A stretch of 64,000 nucleotides of DNA from an uncultured delta proteobacterium (GCA_963771175.1 CAVYSY010000032.1:608001-672000); one strand, 5' to 3'; shown: positions 41,400 to 53,486, numbered from the stretch's first letter. A program made the numbers and translations. The notes: generated from the letters alone by a model not told the origin.

Positions 41400-42950
41400 C
41401 AGGCACCTTCCGTGGAAAGAGTGGGAGTCGTAGAAGAGGAAAGGGAAGCAACGGACCTGGAGGCGGCGGCGCCCTTGCGCGTCCACACCTCCTCGAGCGA
41501 CTCCATCCACACCTTGCCGCCCGTCTTGCGGTGGTTCTGGCACCAGCTCTCCAGCGCCTCGTAGCCGGAGTGGTCCAGCGTCTCCACCGCGAGGTCCAGC
41601 TCCACCTGCGCGCCATTGGGCACCTTGGCGAGCGCGGCGGACAGCTTGGGCACGCCCACGAAGGTGAGGGCGCCGCCCACGCGCACCTGGAGCACCTCAC
41701 CCGCGCGCTGCACCTCCACGTGCACCCGGCCCAGCCGCCACAGCAGCCGCGCCACCGCCACCGCGAACCCCAGCGCGATGCCGGCCAGCAGGTTGATGCC
41801 CACCACGCCGGCCACCGTCACCAGGTACACGGGCAGCTCCCCGCGCCGGCGCAGCTCCTGGATGTGGTGCATGTTGACCAGCTTCGCGCCCACGTGGACG
41901 AGCAGGCCGGCCAGCACGGTGAGGGGCACCAGGCCCAGATACGAGCCCAGCAGGGAGACGAAGAGCAGCATCCACACGCCGTGCAGGATGGCGGACGCGC
42001 GCGTCTTGGCCCCCGCGGCGATGTTGGCGGCGCTGCGCACGATGACGCCGGTGATGGGCAGGCCGCCCATCAGGCCCGAGAGGGTGTTGGCCATGCCCTG
42101 CGCGAACAGCTCCTTGTCCAGGTTGGCGCGCGGGCCGGTGTGCAGCTTGTCGGTGGCCACCGCGCTCAGCAGCGACTCGGCGCTGGCCACCAGGGCGAGC
42201 GAGAACACCGCGGTCGCGAAGGCGCCCCAGTTGCCCTGGGGCAGCGAGGGAAGCTGGAGGCTCTCGAAGAGACTCGCCGGCCAGCTCCACCCGCTTCACG
42301 TCCGCGCCCCACACCGCCGCGGCCACCGAGGCGCCCACCACCGCCACCAGCGGTCCGGGCACCTGCTTGAGGCGGCTCTTGGGCATGACCTGCCACAGCA
42401 CCAGGATGCCGATGGTGACGAGCCCGAGAATCGTCGCGGGGCCGTGCAGGTCGGCGAGCTGCCCCGGCAGCTCGCGCAGGTTCGCCCAGGCGTTGGACTG
42501 CGGCGCGCCGCCCAGCACGATGTGCAGCTGACCCAGGACGATGAGGATGCCGATGCCCGCGAGCATGCCGTGGATGACGGCCGGGGAGATGCCCAGCGCG
42601 GCGCGCGCCACCTTCAGCCCGCCGAGCGCCATCTGAATCAATCCCGCGGCGGCCACCGCCGCGCAGGTGGCGGCGAAGCCCAGCTCCTGGATGAAACCGA
42701 ACACCATCACCGCCAGGCCCGCGGCCGGACCGCTCACCAGCAGCGGCGCACCGCCAAACAGCCCGACCACCAGGCCGCCCACCACCCCGGCGATGAGGCC
42801 GGACATGATGGGGGCGCCCGAGGCCAGCGAGATGCCCATGCACAGAGGAAGAGCCACCAGGAAGACCACCAGGGAGGCGGGCGCATCGCTCGCCAGCACT
42901 CCCCGGAGTGAGCCGGCGGCGCCGACTCCCTGCTCGTTCGATTTCATCAC
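41399..42950 (-). CDS. SulP family inorganic anion (bicarbonate) transporter (apparent frameshift near 42270)
   Basis: VVFLVALPLCMGI, VSGPAAGL, ESLLSA, GLPITGVIVRS, STAS-like C-terminus; TGATG coupling to the carbonic anhydrase. Confidence 0.92.
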
Positions 42951-43021
42951 CTGACCGCCTCCACGATTCGCAGGCGCCACGCTCCTTTCGGAAGCCATGG
43001 CGCGTTGTCCGGGCCCTCCTT

Positions 43022-43037
43022 CGCAAAGGGCATGCCG
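43022..43037 (-). promoter_or_regulatory. Sigma-54 (-24/-12) promoter for the sulP-carbonic anhydrase operon
   Basis: Minus strand CGGCATG-CCCT-TTGCG with exact GG-N10-GC spacing. Confidence 0.65.
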
Positions 43038-43088
43038 GGGCGATGGGGCCCGGTGTCCCTCGGAAGAGGGCCGGGGGCGGCGGTCGGC

Positions 43089-43107
43089 ACTTCAAGAAAT
43101 TTGAAGT
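43089..43107. promoter_or_regulatory. Candidate upstream activator sequence
   Basis: ACTTCAA-GAAAT-TTGAAGT inverted repeat about 80-95 bp upstream of the inferred sigma-54 start. Confidence 0.5.
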
Positions 43108-43188
43108 CGCGGGTCTCGCGCTGAAAAAGCCTTGAATACCCGCCCTGTGGGCGAGCGAGCAGGCGCGGTCCTCACGGCAACAACAGTG

Positions 43189-44528
<1,340 letters not shown>

Positions 44529-44532
<4 letters not shown>

Positions 44533-46209
44533 GCGGCGCGCTCCAGGGGAAGCCGCAGGCAGAAGCGGCTGCCGTCAGGCAGGCGAGTATAGGTGAGGCT
44601 GCCTCCGTGAGCCTCCACGGCGGCACGAGCCATGGGCAGCCCCAGGCCCACGCCCTTGGCGCGCGCGGTGGCGAAGGGCTCAAACAGACGTGGCTCCAGG
44701 TTCGTATCCACGCCCCCCGCGTTGTCCTCCACCATCAGCACGGCCTCGCCGGCCTCGCGCGCGAGCGTCACCCGCACCCAGGGACCCGGCAGCAGCCCCG
44801 TGTCGCGAGCCACCGCGCCAGCCTCCACCGCGTTGCGCACCAGGTTGTCGATGGCGGACACCAGCAGCGCCGGGTCGGCTTCCACGGTGAGGCCCTCCGC
44901 CAGCGACGTGGTCACGGAGACGTCCTCGGACTCCGGCAACAGACGAACCGACTGCAGGGCCTCCTCCACCAGCAGGTGCAGCTCGCAGGAGCGGCGCGGG
45001 GCGACCCGCTGCGGTGCCCCGAAGGACAGCAGCGAGCGGGCCAGGTGTCCCAGCCGCTGTATCTGGGCACGAAGGGCGGGCAGGGCCACCTCTCCACCGG
45101 ACGCGGCGGGCCGGAGCAGGGAGAGGGCCGCCTGGATGCCGTTGAGGGCGTTCTTCACCTCATGGGCGATGAGCTGGCTGGCGGCGCCCAGCGCGGCCAT
45201 CGTCTCCTGGTGCCGCAGTCGCTCCTCGGCGGCGAGCAGCGAGTGATACGAGCGCCGCAGCAGGAGGGTGTAGATGAGGATGCTGCCGCCCAGCAGGGCG
45301 AGGTGGAAGAGGAGCTGACTGAGGAACCGGCGCCGCAGGAGCGCGGTGTCCCGAGCCTCGTCCTCCAGCACGGCCAGCAGCATGCCGCCCACACCATCGG
45401 GGACCGGAACCGGGGCCGCCGCGCCCAGCATGCTCGTGCCTCCCAGCACGATGAGACCAGGAGTCTCGATCAGGGCGCGCAGCTTCGAGGGAGCTCCCCG
45501 GAGCCCAGGCGAACGGTGGAGGAACGGGCAGCAGCAGGTGCCCGTCTCCATCCAGCAACAGCGAGACGTCCCCGCCCGCCATCCGGACCCCCGGGAGCGG
45601 GCGCGCGCCCGAGCGCAGCTCCCCCACCAGCACGCCCGTCACCTTTCCGGAGCGCAGGATGGGCACCGCCACCACCAGCGGCCCGCCCTCCCCCTCCAGC
45701 AGGTGGATGTCCGGGACGCCCTCGGACAGCACCCGGCGGAACCATGAGCGGGAGCTCAGAGGAGAGTCACCCAGTGCCATGTGGGGCGGGTCGCTCCACA
45801 CGCGGCGCCCCTCGGGGGTGAGCAGCGCCACCCCCTCGGAGAAGAGGGGCGAGTGGTAGAAGGCACCGTCCAGCACGGAGACGTCCGATGCGGAGAGGCC
45901 TCCCTCGGGGGAGAAATGCGGGTGCTCGGCCAGGCGACGCAGCTCCGCCTCCAGCAGGCCCAGGTGCACCCCCAGTGCCTCGGCCTGCACCTGGGCCTGA
46001 CTGGAGAGGTGCCCGAGGACCTCCTCGCGGGCGTTCTGCACGTCCTCCCGGTAGGCGAGCAAGGGGCTGGCCAATGCCGCCATGCCGAGCAGCGCCAGCC
46101 CCAACAAGGCGGAGCGGCCGGCACGCTGCTGCGCCCGGGCGAGCTCTCCTGGAGCGAGGGCTGGCGAAGGAACCGGAGGACGGGGCGACCGGGGCATGCG
46201 AGACATCAT
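44529..46209 (-). CDS. Membrane sensor histidine kinase with a Cache-like periplasmic domain (apparent frameshift near 45530)
   Basis: Two TM segments, AHEVKNAL H-box, NLVRNA, DNAGG, GVGLGL; ATGA overlap with the regulator. Confidence 0.88.
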
Positions 46210-46400
46210 GCGCCAACCGCCCGGGTCGACGCCTTCTTTCCGTGCGCCTCCTCCAGCGGCCTCCAGCACGACGCCGCGACCGGAGCCCTTCGCGCGGCAA
46301 ACAGAGGGAGGGGGCAGGCGGGCCCTGGAGAGCCCGGAGGGTGCGGTGCTTCTGAATGATTCCGTGCACCCGGCCTTCCCCCTACACTGCGCCCCTCCGC

Positions 46401-46943
46401 ATGAACCTGCTCCTCGTCGCCGTCGGATTGTCCAAGGTCGTCTTCGGTGGGCTGGTGGCCGCGCTCGGCATCTGGCTCGCGTTCCGCGGCCTCAACCGAC
46501 TCCTCGGCACCAATCCCACCGTGGAGCTCCAGCAGGGCAACGTGGCGGCCGGCATCGTCCACGCCGCCAGCCTGCTCGCGCTCGGGCTGCTGGTGCAGAA
46601 CGCGGTGAACGCCACCTTCGACGCGGTGGACCTCACCTTCCGCGGCGCCTCCCTCCAGCCCGGGGCGTTGGTGCGGCTCACCTTCTTCGCCCTCATGCAC
46701 GTGGGCGTGTCCCTCCTGGTGGGCACCGGCGTGCTCGCCCTGGGCATGCTCCTCTTCGACCGCATCACCCCCGGCATGGACGAGCTCGCCGAGGTGCGCC
46801 GCGGCAACGTGGCGCTCGCGCTCGTGCTGGCCGCCATCCTCCTCGTGATCGCCCTGCTCACCGCCCCGGGCCTCCAGGCCGCCCTCAACGGCCTCATCCC
46901 CTTCCCCGAGCTCCCCTCCTCCACGTACCGCCCCCCCTCCTGA
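46401..46943 (+). CDS. DUF350-family membrane protein (two repeats)
   Basis: ELQQGNVAAGI and EVRRGNVALAL motifs, four TM segments. Confidence 0.8.
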   Translation: MNLLLVAVGLSKVVFGGLVAALGIWLAFRGLNRLLGTNPTVELQQGNVAAGIVHAASLLALGLLVQNAVNATFDAVDLTFRGASLQPGALVRLTFFALMHVGVSLLVGTGVLALGMLLFDRITPGMDELAEVRRGNVALALVLAAILLVIALLTAPGLQAALNGLIPFPELPSSTYRPPS

Positions 46944-46947
46944 CTCC

Positions 46948-47853
46948 GTGGACTCCCCGCCGTCCAGCCCGGGGAAGACGCTCCTCAAGCTCTTCCTCGT
47001 CCTCTTCACCGCCGCGAGCTGCTGCTTCTTCCTGGGGCTGCAATGGCTCGTCTCGCTGGACGTCCACTCGATTGTCCCCGGCCCCGGCCCCGCCCCCGCT
47101 CCCATCCAGGAGCCCGTCCCCGACCCGACGCTCGAGACCTCGGGCTCCCGGGGAGTCCACCTCGGACTGGCCCTCATCCCCGCCTCCACGCCCCTGAGCC
47201 AGGCGCGCACCTTCGAGTGGCGCGCCGAGTCGCTCGCCCCTCCGGAGTACCGGGTGGGCTACGGCCTGGGCGAGTCCCTCGAGCGCTCGCTCGCGAGCAA
47301 CCACGTGGCGTACGGCCGCAAGATGCACTTCCGCGCGCTCGGCCCGGACCGCTTCACCTACCACGCGCCCCCGGGATGCCAGGCGGACATGCGCTGCATC
47401 TACGAGGAGCTGATGCGCAGCAACGCCGAGCCCGTGCGCATGCTGGGCAACCGCTTCGTCGAGCACATCCGCGCGCAGCGCCTCGGCCCCGTGGAGGCCG
47501 CCGAGCTCATCGTCACCTTCGTGCAGCGCATCCACTACGCGCAGCCCGATGACCAGCCCTTCGGCATCCTCCCGCCGGCGCTCGTCCCCGCGCAGAACCG
47601 AGGGGACTGTGACTCCAAGGCCGTGCTCGCGGTGATGCTGCTGCGTCAGGCGGGGCTCGACGCGACCATCCTCTACTCGGATCCGCTCTCGCACGCCGCC
47701 GTGGGCGTGGCCGTGCCCGTGCGCGGCCATGCCTTCCGCCTCGGCGGCCACGTGTACCGCTACGCCGAGCTCACCACCGAGGGCTGGCCCCTCGGGATGA
47801 TTCCTCCCCAACACGACAAGCCGCACCTCTGGAAGGTGCTGCCCGCGGAGTAG
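46948..47853 (+). CDS. Membrane-anchored transglutaminase-like cysteine protease fold protein
   Basis: N-terminal TM; FVQRIHY, GDCDSKA, HAAVGV, YAELT (Cys-His-Glu). Confidence 0.75.
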   Translation: MDSPPSSPGKTLLKLFLVLFTAASCCFFLGLQWLVSLDVHSIVPGPGPAPAPIQEPVPDPTLETSGSRGVHLGLALIPASTPLSQARTFEWRAESLAPPEYRVGYGLGESLERSLASNHVAYGRKMHFRALGPDRFTYHAPPGCQADMRCIYEELMRSNAEPVRMLGNRFVEHIRAQRLGPVEAAELIVTFVQRIHYAQPDDQPFGILPPALVPAQNRGDCDSKAVLAVMLLRQAGLDATILYSDPLSHAAVGVAVPVRGHAFRLGGHVYRYAELTTEGWPLGMIPPQHDKPHLWKVLPAE

Positions 47854-47856
47854 TCT

Positions 47857-48615
47857 TCACCGCACGGGCGCGTTCATCAGCCCCAGGACGTAGGCGTCGT
47901 ACTCCTCCTTCATAGGCAGGGACTCGTCCACGCGCAGCCGCCGCCGGGTGGTGCTCACCTTCTGGCCACTGCGCGGGTCCACGCCCTCCTTCTCGTACTG
48001 CTCCCACGTGATGCCCGTGCCTCGACGCTGCCAGAGCGGCAGCTCGTTGAAGTTGATGCCCCGCTGGAAGAGGAGCTCGTTCTTGAAGCCCACCGACTTG
48101 CCGTGCAGCGCGCGGGAGGCCTGCGCCACGCTCTGGCCCTCCTTGCGCAGCGTCCAGTAGCACCAGCCGTGCAGCGCGCAGCGGGCCGCATCCGCCTGCC
48201 TCCAGCGGAAGTAGTCCACCACCGCCTTCTCGTTCACGCCCATCCACACCCGGCTGTCGAACACGGCCGGCACCCCCGCCACATGCGTGAAGGTCGCGCT
48301 GGCCACACCCGCCGAGATGGACACCAGCTTCTCCACCTCGCGGTCGAAGAGCGACCACTCCGGCCGGAAGAGCACGGAGATTTCATCGCTCTCGGTGTAC
48401 GCGTAGAGGCCCTGCAAGTCCTCCAGCAGCGCCGAGGCGGTGCGCACCATCTGCTGGTGCAGCGTGGCATCGAAGGGCTTCTCGTACCGCTCCTCCGTGA
48501 AGCGCGAGAAGCCCCGCCCGTCCACCCGCAGCACACACCACGCCCCGCGCAGCAGCCGCAGCGAGTGGAAGAGCTCGCCCTCACGCATCCGGCTTTCGAA
48601 CTCGTTGGGATTCAT
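47857..48615 (-). CDS. tRNA(His) guanylyltransferase Thg1-like protein (3'-5' polymerase)
   Basis: RVDGRGFSRF, KPFD, YTESDEIS, FDSR, YFRWRQ, GINFNELP.WQRRG. Confidence 0.93.
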   Translation of the reverse strand: MNPNEFESRMREGELFHSLRLLRGAWCVLRVDGRGFSRFTEERYEKPFDATLHQQMVRTASALLEDLQGLYAYTESDEISVLFRPEWSLFDREVEKLVSISAGVASATFTHVAGVPAVFDSRVWMGVNEKAVVDYFRWRQADAARCALHGWCYWTLRKEGQSVAQASRALHGKSVGFKNELLFQRGINFNELPLWQRRGTGITWEQYEKEGVDPRSGQKVSTTRRRLRVDESLPMKEEYDAYVLGLMNAPVR

Positions 48616-49072
48616 CGTCCTGTCTCCACTCCCTCACGTGGAAGCCGCCCTGGGGATCGACCCGCACGTGGAACAACGCATCGAAGCCCTCGGCGTACGA
48701 GGGCCATCTCAGTTTCCTGCTCGTGATGTGGAGCGCCTTGTCCTCCACCCGCGCCCGCCCCACCCTCCCCGCGTTGCGCGCGAGGCACGTCTCCAGGTCC
48801 GACTCGAAGGCGTAGCCCACCACCCGCGCGCCATGCTCCCGGCCGATGGCGATGAGCGGCGCCCGGTCCTCGACCAACGGGTTGGTGTTGTCCACCACCA
48901 CCGAGCGTCCCTCCGCCAGCGCCTGGGCGATGAGCCGCTGCTGCCGGGCCTCGCGCCTGCGCGCGTTGGGCCACAGATCCTTGCTCACGTGGACGTGCGT
49001 GGCCGCGAGGCGCTCCCGGTAGAAGCTGCTCTTTCCCGAGCCCTGCAGGCCGATGAAAAGAACCAGTTCCAT
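48581..49072 (-). CDS. P-loop kinase of the AAA_33 / polynucleotide-kinase type
   Basis: GLQGSGKS Walker A, SKD, VVDNTN, RNAGR, PSYAEGFD. Confidence 0.88.
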   Translation of the reverse strand: MELVLFIGLQGSGKSSFYRERLAATHVHVSKDLWPNARRREARQQRLIAQALAEGRSVVVDNTNPLVEDRAPLIAIGREHGARVVGYAFESDLETCLARNAGRVGRARVEDKALHITSRKLRWPSYAEGFDALFHVRVDPQGGFHVREWRQDDESQRVRKPDA

Positions 49073-49186
49073 GGCGCGTCTCCTCCCAGACGGTGTGCAC
49101 GCCCGGGCCCTGACGTCCACGCTGGACCCGGGCAAGTGCTCACCTCCAGGCGAAGGACGGCCCCGCTGGGGGCTCGCCCCCCGTGC

Positions 49187-51226
49187 TCACGCCGAGGTCA
49201 TCCGCGTCTTCAACCGAGCCGCCTCCACCCGTTCCCCGGCGGCATCCAGGATGGAGGCGGCGCGCGCGTAGTTCGTGGCCGCCTCCGCCCGGCGCAGGTT
49301 GGACTCGTCCACCTGCGCCGCGGACAGCAGGAAAGGCACGGCCCGCCGGGACTCCCCACCTTCCAGCCAGTGCTGCGCGATGGTGGCCGGGGCCGCTCGC
49401 CTCCGCTCCAACTGTTGGGCCAGGCGCCGGTGCAGCAGCGCCCCCAGCGCCGAGGGAATGGTGCCGCGCACCGCCTCCAGCACGAGGTCGTGGGTGAAGC
49501 GCTCGCCCCGGAGTATCTGCGCGGCCTCCAGCTCGCGCAGCGGCTCGGCGAAGGACAGGGGGCTCACCTCCAGCACCTCGCCGGCCAGCTCCAGGCCGAA
49601 GTCCATGAGGGCCAACGCCACCACCTGGGCCAATTGCAGCGCCAGCGGGGACAGCCGCTCCAGCCGCTGCTGGATGAGCTGGCGCACCCGCCCCGGAGGA
49701 GGCAGCCGCTCCGGCCACCCCCGCTCCAGGCTCCCCGACTCCATCAGGTGCTTGAGCGTCTCGGTGATGAAGAGGGGGTTGCCGCCCGTGTAGCGCGTCA
49801 TCTCCCCCGCCAGCCCCGTGGCCCCTGGCAGCGCGAGGCTGTCCAGCAGCTCGCCCACCGCCGACGGCGACAGCGGCTCCAGGTACAGGTACGTCGCCAG
49901 CCCCGCCTGCTCCAGCCGATTCGTCATGGAGGTGGCCTCGGGGCCGAGCTCGCCAAGGCGGCAGCAGTCGATCATCACCGGGAAGTCGCCGGTATCGTGG
50001 AAGCGGGCATGGGCATAGGCCCCCACCTCCAGGCTGGCGGCGTCGGCGAACTGGATGTCGTCGGTAACGACGGAGGGCAGGCCCTCGCAGCAGCGGCGGA
50101 GCACCTCGCTGAGGGCATTCAAGTAACGGACCCGGTCCCCCTCGTCGCGCAGCGAGGAGATGTCGTCACCGGGCTCGGCGCACTCGGGGATGATGCGCGC
50201 CAGCTCGCGGCGGATCCACGGCTCCAGGCCCTGCCGCACCGAGGGCCGCTCGGCGAACGTCTGCCGGACGTGCCGCACGAACAGTGAGTAGGGCACCTCC
50301 GCGTCCCCGGGCCGCCCGGCGAACACGGTGTAGCGCCCCTTGGAAGCCGCGAAGTCCAGCGCGAGGCGTGACTTGCCCACGCCCGGCTCGGCCATCAGCA
50401 ACATGACGCGCCGGGCCTGAAAGGCCTCCTCCATCTGCGCCCACTCCCGCGCGCGCCCCACCAGCACCGGAGGGCGGAGCACGGTGAGCGGCAACGTCCG
50501 TCCAGGCGTGTCACTCACGGCGCGAGGCCGCACCTGCCCGCGCTCCACGTCCCGAGCCAGCGCGAGCGTGTCCGGGTGCGGCGCGGCGTCGTACTCCTCC
50601 CGCAGCATCGTCCGGCAGCGCTCGAACAGGCTCAGCGCCGCCATCCGATCCCCCGCGAAATAGTGCAGCCGCATCAACCGCCGGTAGGCCTCCTCGGAGA
50701 GTGGATCCAACCCCAGCAACCGCTCGGCGAATTGCAGCGCCCCGGACAAGTCGCCCCGCTGCTCGCAGGCGTCCGCCTCGGCGCTGGCGGCGCGGCGCCG
50801 CAGGGACTCGAGCTGCTCGCGGGCGCGGAGCAGCCATGCCTCGAAGTCCGGGCAGTCGTCGAAGTCCAGGGTGCCCAACAGCGAGCCCGCCTGCGCGAGC
50901 GCCTGGGCATGGCGACCGGCGAAGACGTGGGCCTCCAGCTCCACCGCGTCGGTGGCCACGCGCTCGGAAAGGGAGATGACATCTCCCCCGAGCACCAGGT
51001 CCGCCCCGGTGGACACCCGCAGCCGGCGCAGGAGCTGGCGCATGTTGTTGCGTGCCGTGTCCTCGCCGGAGCCGGGCCACAGCATGCCCGCCAGCCGGTA
51101 CTTGGGCGTGGGCCCCTCCAGCGCCAGCCAGGCCAGCACCGCCGCCACACGCCGCTGAAGCTCCAAGGGCTCCGCCAGCCCCAGAAGCCGGGCGCCCCCG
51201 AGTACTTCCAACCGCCAGTCCGTCAC
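49187..51226 (-). CDS. BTAD (SARP-like) transcriptional activator with AAA/NTPase domain
   Basis: LAGMLWP..ARNNMRQLL HTH, DPLSEEAYRRLMRL BTAD, LVGR, EPGVGKS, DDIQFAD, GGNPLF, FTHDL. Confidence 0.88.
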   Translation of the reverse strand: MTDWRLEVLGGARLLGLAEPLELQRRVAAVLAWLALEGPTPKYRLAGMLWPGSGEDTARNNMRQLLRRLRVSTGADLVLGGDVISLSERVATDAVELEAHVFAGRHAQALAQAGSLLGTLDFDDCPDFEAWLLRAREQLESLRRRAASAEADACEQRGDLSGALQFAERLLGLDPLSEEAYRRLMRLHYFAGDRMAALSLFERCRTMLREEYDAAPHPDTLALARDVERGQVRPRAVSDTPGRTLPLTVLRPPVLVGRAREWAQMEEAFQARRVMLLMAEPGVGKSRLALDFAASKGRYTVFAGRPGDAEVPYSLFVRHVRQTFAERPSVRQGLEPWIRRELARIIPECAEPGDDISSLRDEGDRVRYLNALSEVLRRCCEGLPSVVTDDIQFADAASLEVGAYAHARFHDTGDFPVMIDCCRLGELGPEATSMTNRLEQAGLATYLYLEPLSPSAVGELLDSLALPGATGLAGEMTRYTGGNPLFITETLKHLMESGSLERGWPERLPPPGRVRQLIQQRLERLSPLALQLAQVVALALMDFGLELAGEVLEVSPLSFAEPLRELEAAQILRGERFTHDLVLEAVRGTIPSALGALLHRRLAQQLERRRAAPATIAQHWLEGGESRRAVPFLLSAAQVDESNLRRAEAATNYARAASILDAAGERVEAARLKTRMTSA

Positions 51227-51291
51227 GACGTCATCCCCCCAACGCCGCCCGGCGGAGCAGCCACGGGCTCTGAGAGCCTCTCACGGGCTCC

Positions 51292-52461
51292 TCAGGTCCA
51301 GAACCCCGTCGGCTGCCCGAGGAGTGAGGCCCCGGCCTGGCCAAACCACCCCTCAGCGGCAGCCGCATGCTGCCTGAAGGTGTGGATGTCACGGAAGCGC
51401 CTCTGCAAGGACGAGCCATCCCGGAGCGAGCTGGCCCCCCCTGCCTGGTAGCAGGTTCCCACTACGCTGGCCGCCGTCTCCGTCACCCAGGCCAGGGTGG
51501 CCGAGAGGCGCGGAGCAATCGCGGCGGTGGCGGCGGGATTTTCCACGCACGCGGCCCAGAACTCGTCCGACGCATCGCGCAGGAGCGCCCGGGCGGCCCG
51601 GACGTCCATGTCGAGGCGGCCGAGCTGGAGCTGGAAGACGGGGGACTCGGAGAGCGAGGTGCGGGCATACAGCCGCCGCTTGCCCGTGGAGGCGAGCGTC
51701 ACCAGGTCATCCAGCGCGCCCTGGGCGATGCCCAGCACCACCGCGCCCATGTGGAGGACGAAGTGCGCCAGCGGCGCGACGAAGCCCGGCCCCTGCACGC
51801 TGGGCGTGCCGAAGAAGATGTCGAGGGATTGCTCCTCGGGGCAGAAGAGCCCCTCCATGGCGATGTCGTGGCTGCCCGTGCCCTTGAGGCCGAGCACGTT
51901 CCAGGTGTCGAGGATGCGCACCTCACTGGCCGGCAGGAGCATGCCCCGCGTCTTGGGCACGCCCGGCATGGGACCGGGGAGCGGCTGCCCATCCTCGAGG
52001 ACGACGCAGTTGCCGAACAGCCAGTCCGCGTGCTGGCAGCCGGTGGCGAAGCCCCAGCGCCCGGTGACGCGATAGCCGCCCTTCTCCGCCACCGCCTGCC
52101 CCTGCGCGTTGAAGGCGCCGCCCACGATGACGTCCGGCCCGCCCGAGTAGATGGCGTCGAAGCGCTCACGAGACAGGAGCGAGAAGAGGTGCGGGCTCTC
52201 CGAGCCGAGCATCACCGTCCAGCCGGTGGAGCCATCCGCCCGGGCGAGCGTCTCCAGGACCTCGTTGCCGGTGCGCAGGTCCACCTCGAGGCCGCCGTGG
52301 CTGCGGGGCAGGAACATCCGGAAGAAGCCCGCCTGCTTGAGCTGGCCGAGCAGCTCCAGCGGCAGCCGTCGCCCCGCCTCGATGTCCGCGGCCCGGGCCG
52401 TAATCACCGGAGCCAGGTCATGCGCGGCCGCCAGCACCTTCGTTGCCTCGGCATTCTTCAT
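51292..52461 (-). CDS. Acyl-CoA-dehydrogenase-like flavin-dependent hydroxylase
   Basis: DGSTGW, GRWGFATGC, WNVLGLKGTGSHD, QRRFRDIH. Confidence 0.88.
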   Translation of the reverse strand: MKNAEATKVLAAAHDLAPVITARAADIEAGRRLPLELLGQLKQAGFFRMFLPRSHGGLEVDLRTGNEVLETLARADGSTGWTVMLGSESPHLFSLLSRERFDAIYSGGPDVIVGGAFNAQGQAVAEKGGYRVTGRWGFATGCQHADWLFGNCVVLEDGQPLPGPMPGVPKTRGMLLPASEVRILDTWNVLGLKGTGSHDIAMEGLFCPEEQSLDIFFGTPSVQGPGFVAPLAHFVLHMGAVVLGIAQGALDDLVTLASTGKRRLYARTSLSESPVFQLQLGRLDMDVRAARALLRDASDEFWAACVENPAATAAIAPRLSATLAWVTETAASVVGTCYQAGGASSLRDGSSLQRRFRDIHTFRQHAAAAEGWFGQAGASLLGQPTGFWT

Positions 52462-52634
52462 TGCGTCACTCCCGGGTTGCGGGCGCAGGAGTCCCCCCAT
52501 GTCGCCCTTCAAGTGGAGGACAGCATTACCGGGAGGGGTGTGACGGGCTCGTGACGGCTCCACCCCGCCCTGGTCACAACGGATTGTCAGGCCTGATTCC
52601 CCATGGGAGCCTGACCGCACCCAGGGAGGGAACC

Positions 52635-53462
52635 GTGGACATCACCACGCTCGACAAGACGAACGAGAAGGTCCGGCTGGACGCCATCTCCGAAGCACCC
52701 CCGAAGGGAGCGGACAAGAACGCGGCGAATACGGAGTTCGAGTCGCTGGGCGCGGAGCTGTTCGACCTGCAGGACCTGCTGTGGGGCGCGCGCATGAACT
52801 CCGTGCTCATCGTCCTCCAGGGCCGTGACACCGCCGGCAAGGACGGGGCCATCAAGCACGTCGCGGGCTTCCTCAATCCCCGAGGCGTCAGCGTCACCTC
52901 TTTCGGCGTCCCCAGCGAGGAGGAGCGGGAGCACGACTTCCTCTGGCGCATCCACCGCCACACGCCGCGCCAGGGGGAGCTCGCCATCTTCAACCGCTCC
53001 CACTACGAGGATGTGCTCGTCGTGCGCGTGCACGACCTCGCCCCCGAGTCCCTCTGGAAGGAGCGCTACGGACACATCCGCGACTTCGAGGAGCTGCTCG
53101 TCGAGCACGGCACCATCGTCCTCAAGTTCTTCCTCCACATCAGCCGCGAGGAGCAGAAGAAGCGCCTCCTCGAGCGCGAGCAGGAGCCGCGCAAGGCCTG
53201 GAAGCTCAACGCCGGGGACTGGGAGGACCGAGAGCACTGGGACGACTACACGGCGGCCTATGAGGAGGCCCTCTCGCGCACGGCGACCAGGAGGGCCCCG
53301 TGGACCATCGTGCCCGCGGACTCGAAGTGGTACCGGAACCTGGTGGTGGCGCGCGCGCTCACCGAGGCGCTCCGGCCCTACCGCAAGGACTGGCAGAAGC
53401 GGCTCGACGAGGTGGGCACGCGCAAGAAGGCGGAGCTCGAGGCCTGGCGAAAGGGCCGGTAA
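52635..53462 (+). CDS. ppk2: Polyphosphate kinase 2 family (class III-like)
   Basis: QGRDTAGKDG, NPRG, HDFLWR, FNRSHYEDVL, PWTIVPADSKWYRN. Confidence 0.93.
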   Translation: MDITTLDKTNEKVRLDAISEAPPKGADKNAANTEFESLGAELFDLQDLLWGARMNSVLIVLQGRDTAGKDGAIKHVAGFLNPRGVSVTSFGVPSEEEREHDFLWRIHRHTPRQGELAIFNRSHYEDVLVVRVHDLAPESLWKERYGHIRDFEELLVEHGTIVLKFFLHISREEQKKRLLEREQEPRKAWKLNAGDWEDREHWDDYTAAYEEALSRTATRRAPWTIVPADSKWYRNLVVARALTEALRPYRKDWQKRLDEVGTRKKAELEAWRKGR

Positions 53463-53486
53463 GTGCGTCGCCGGGCTCCTCCGTCC

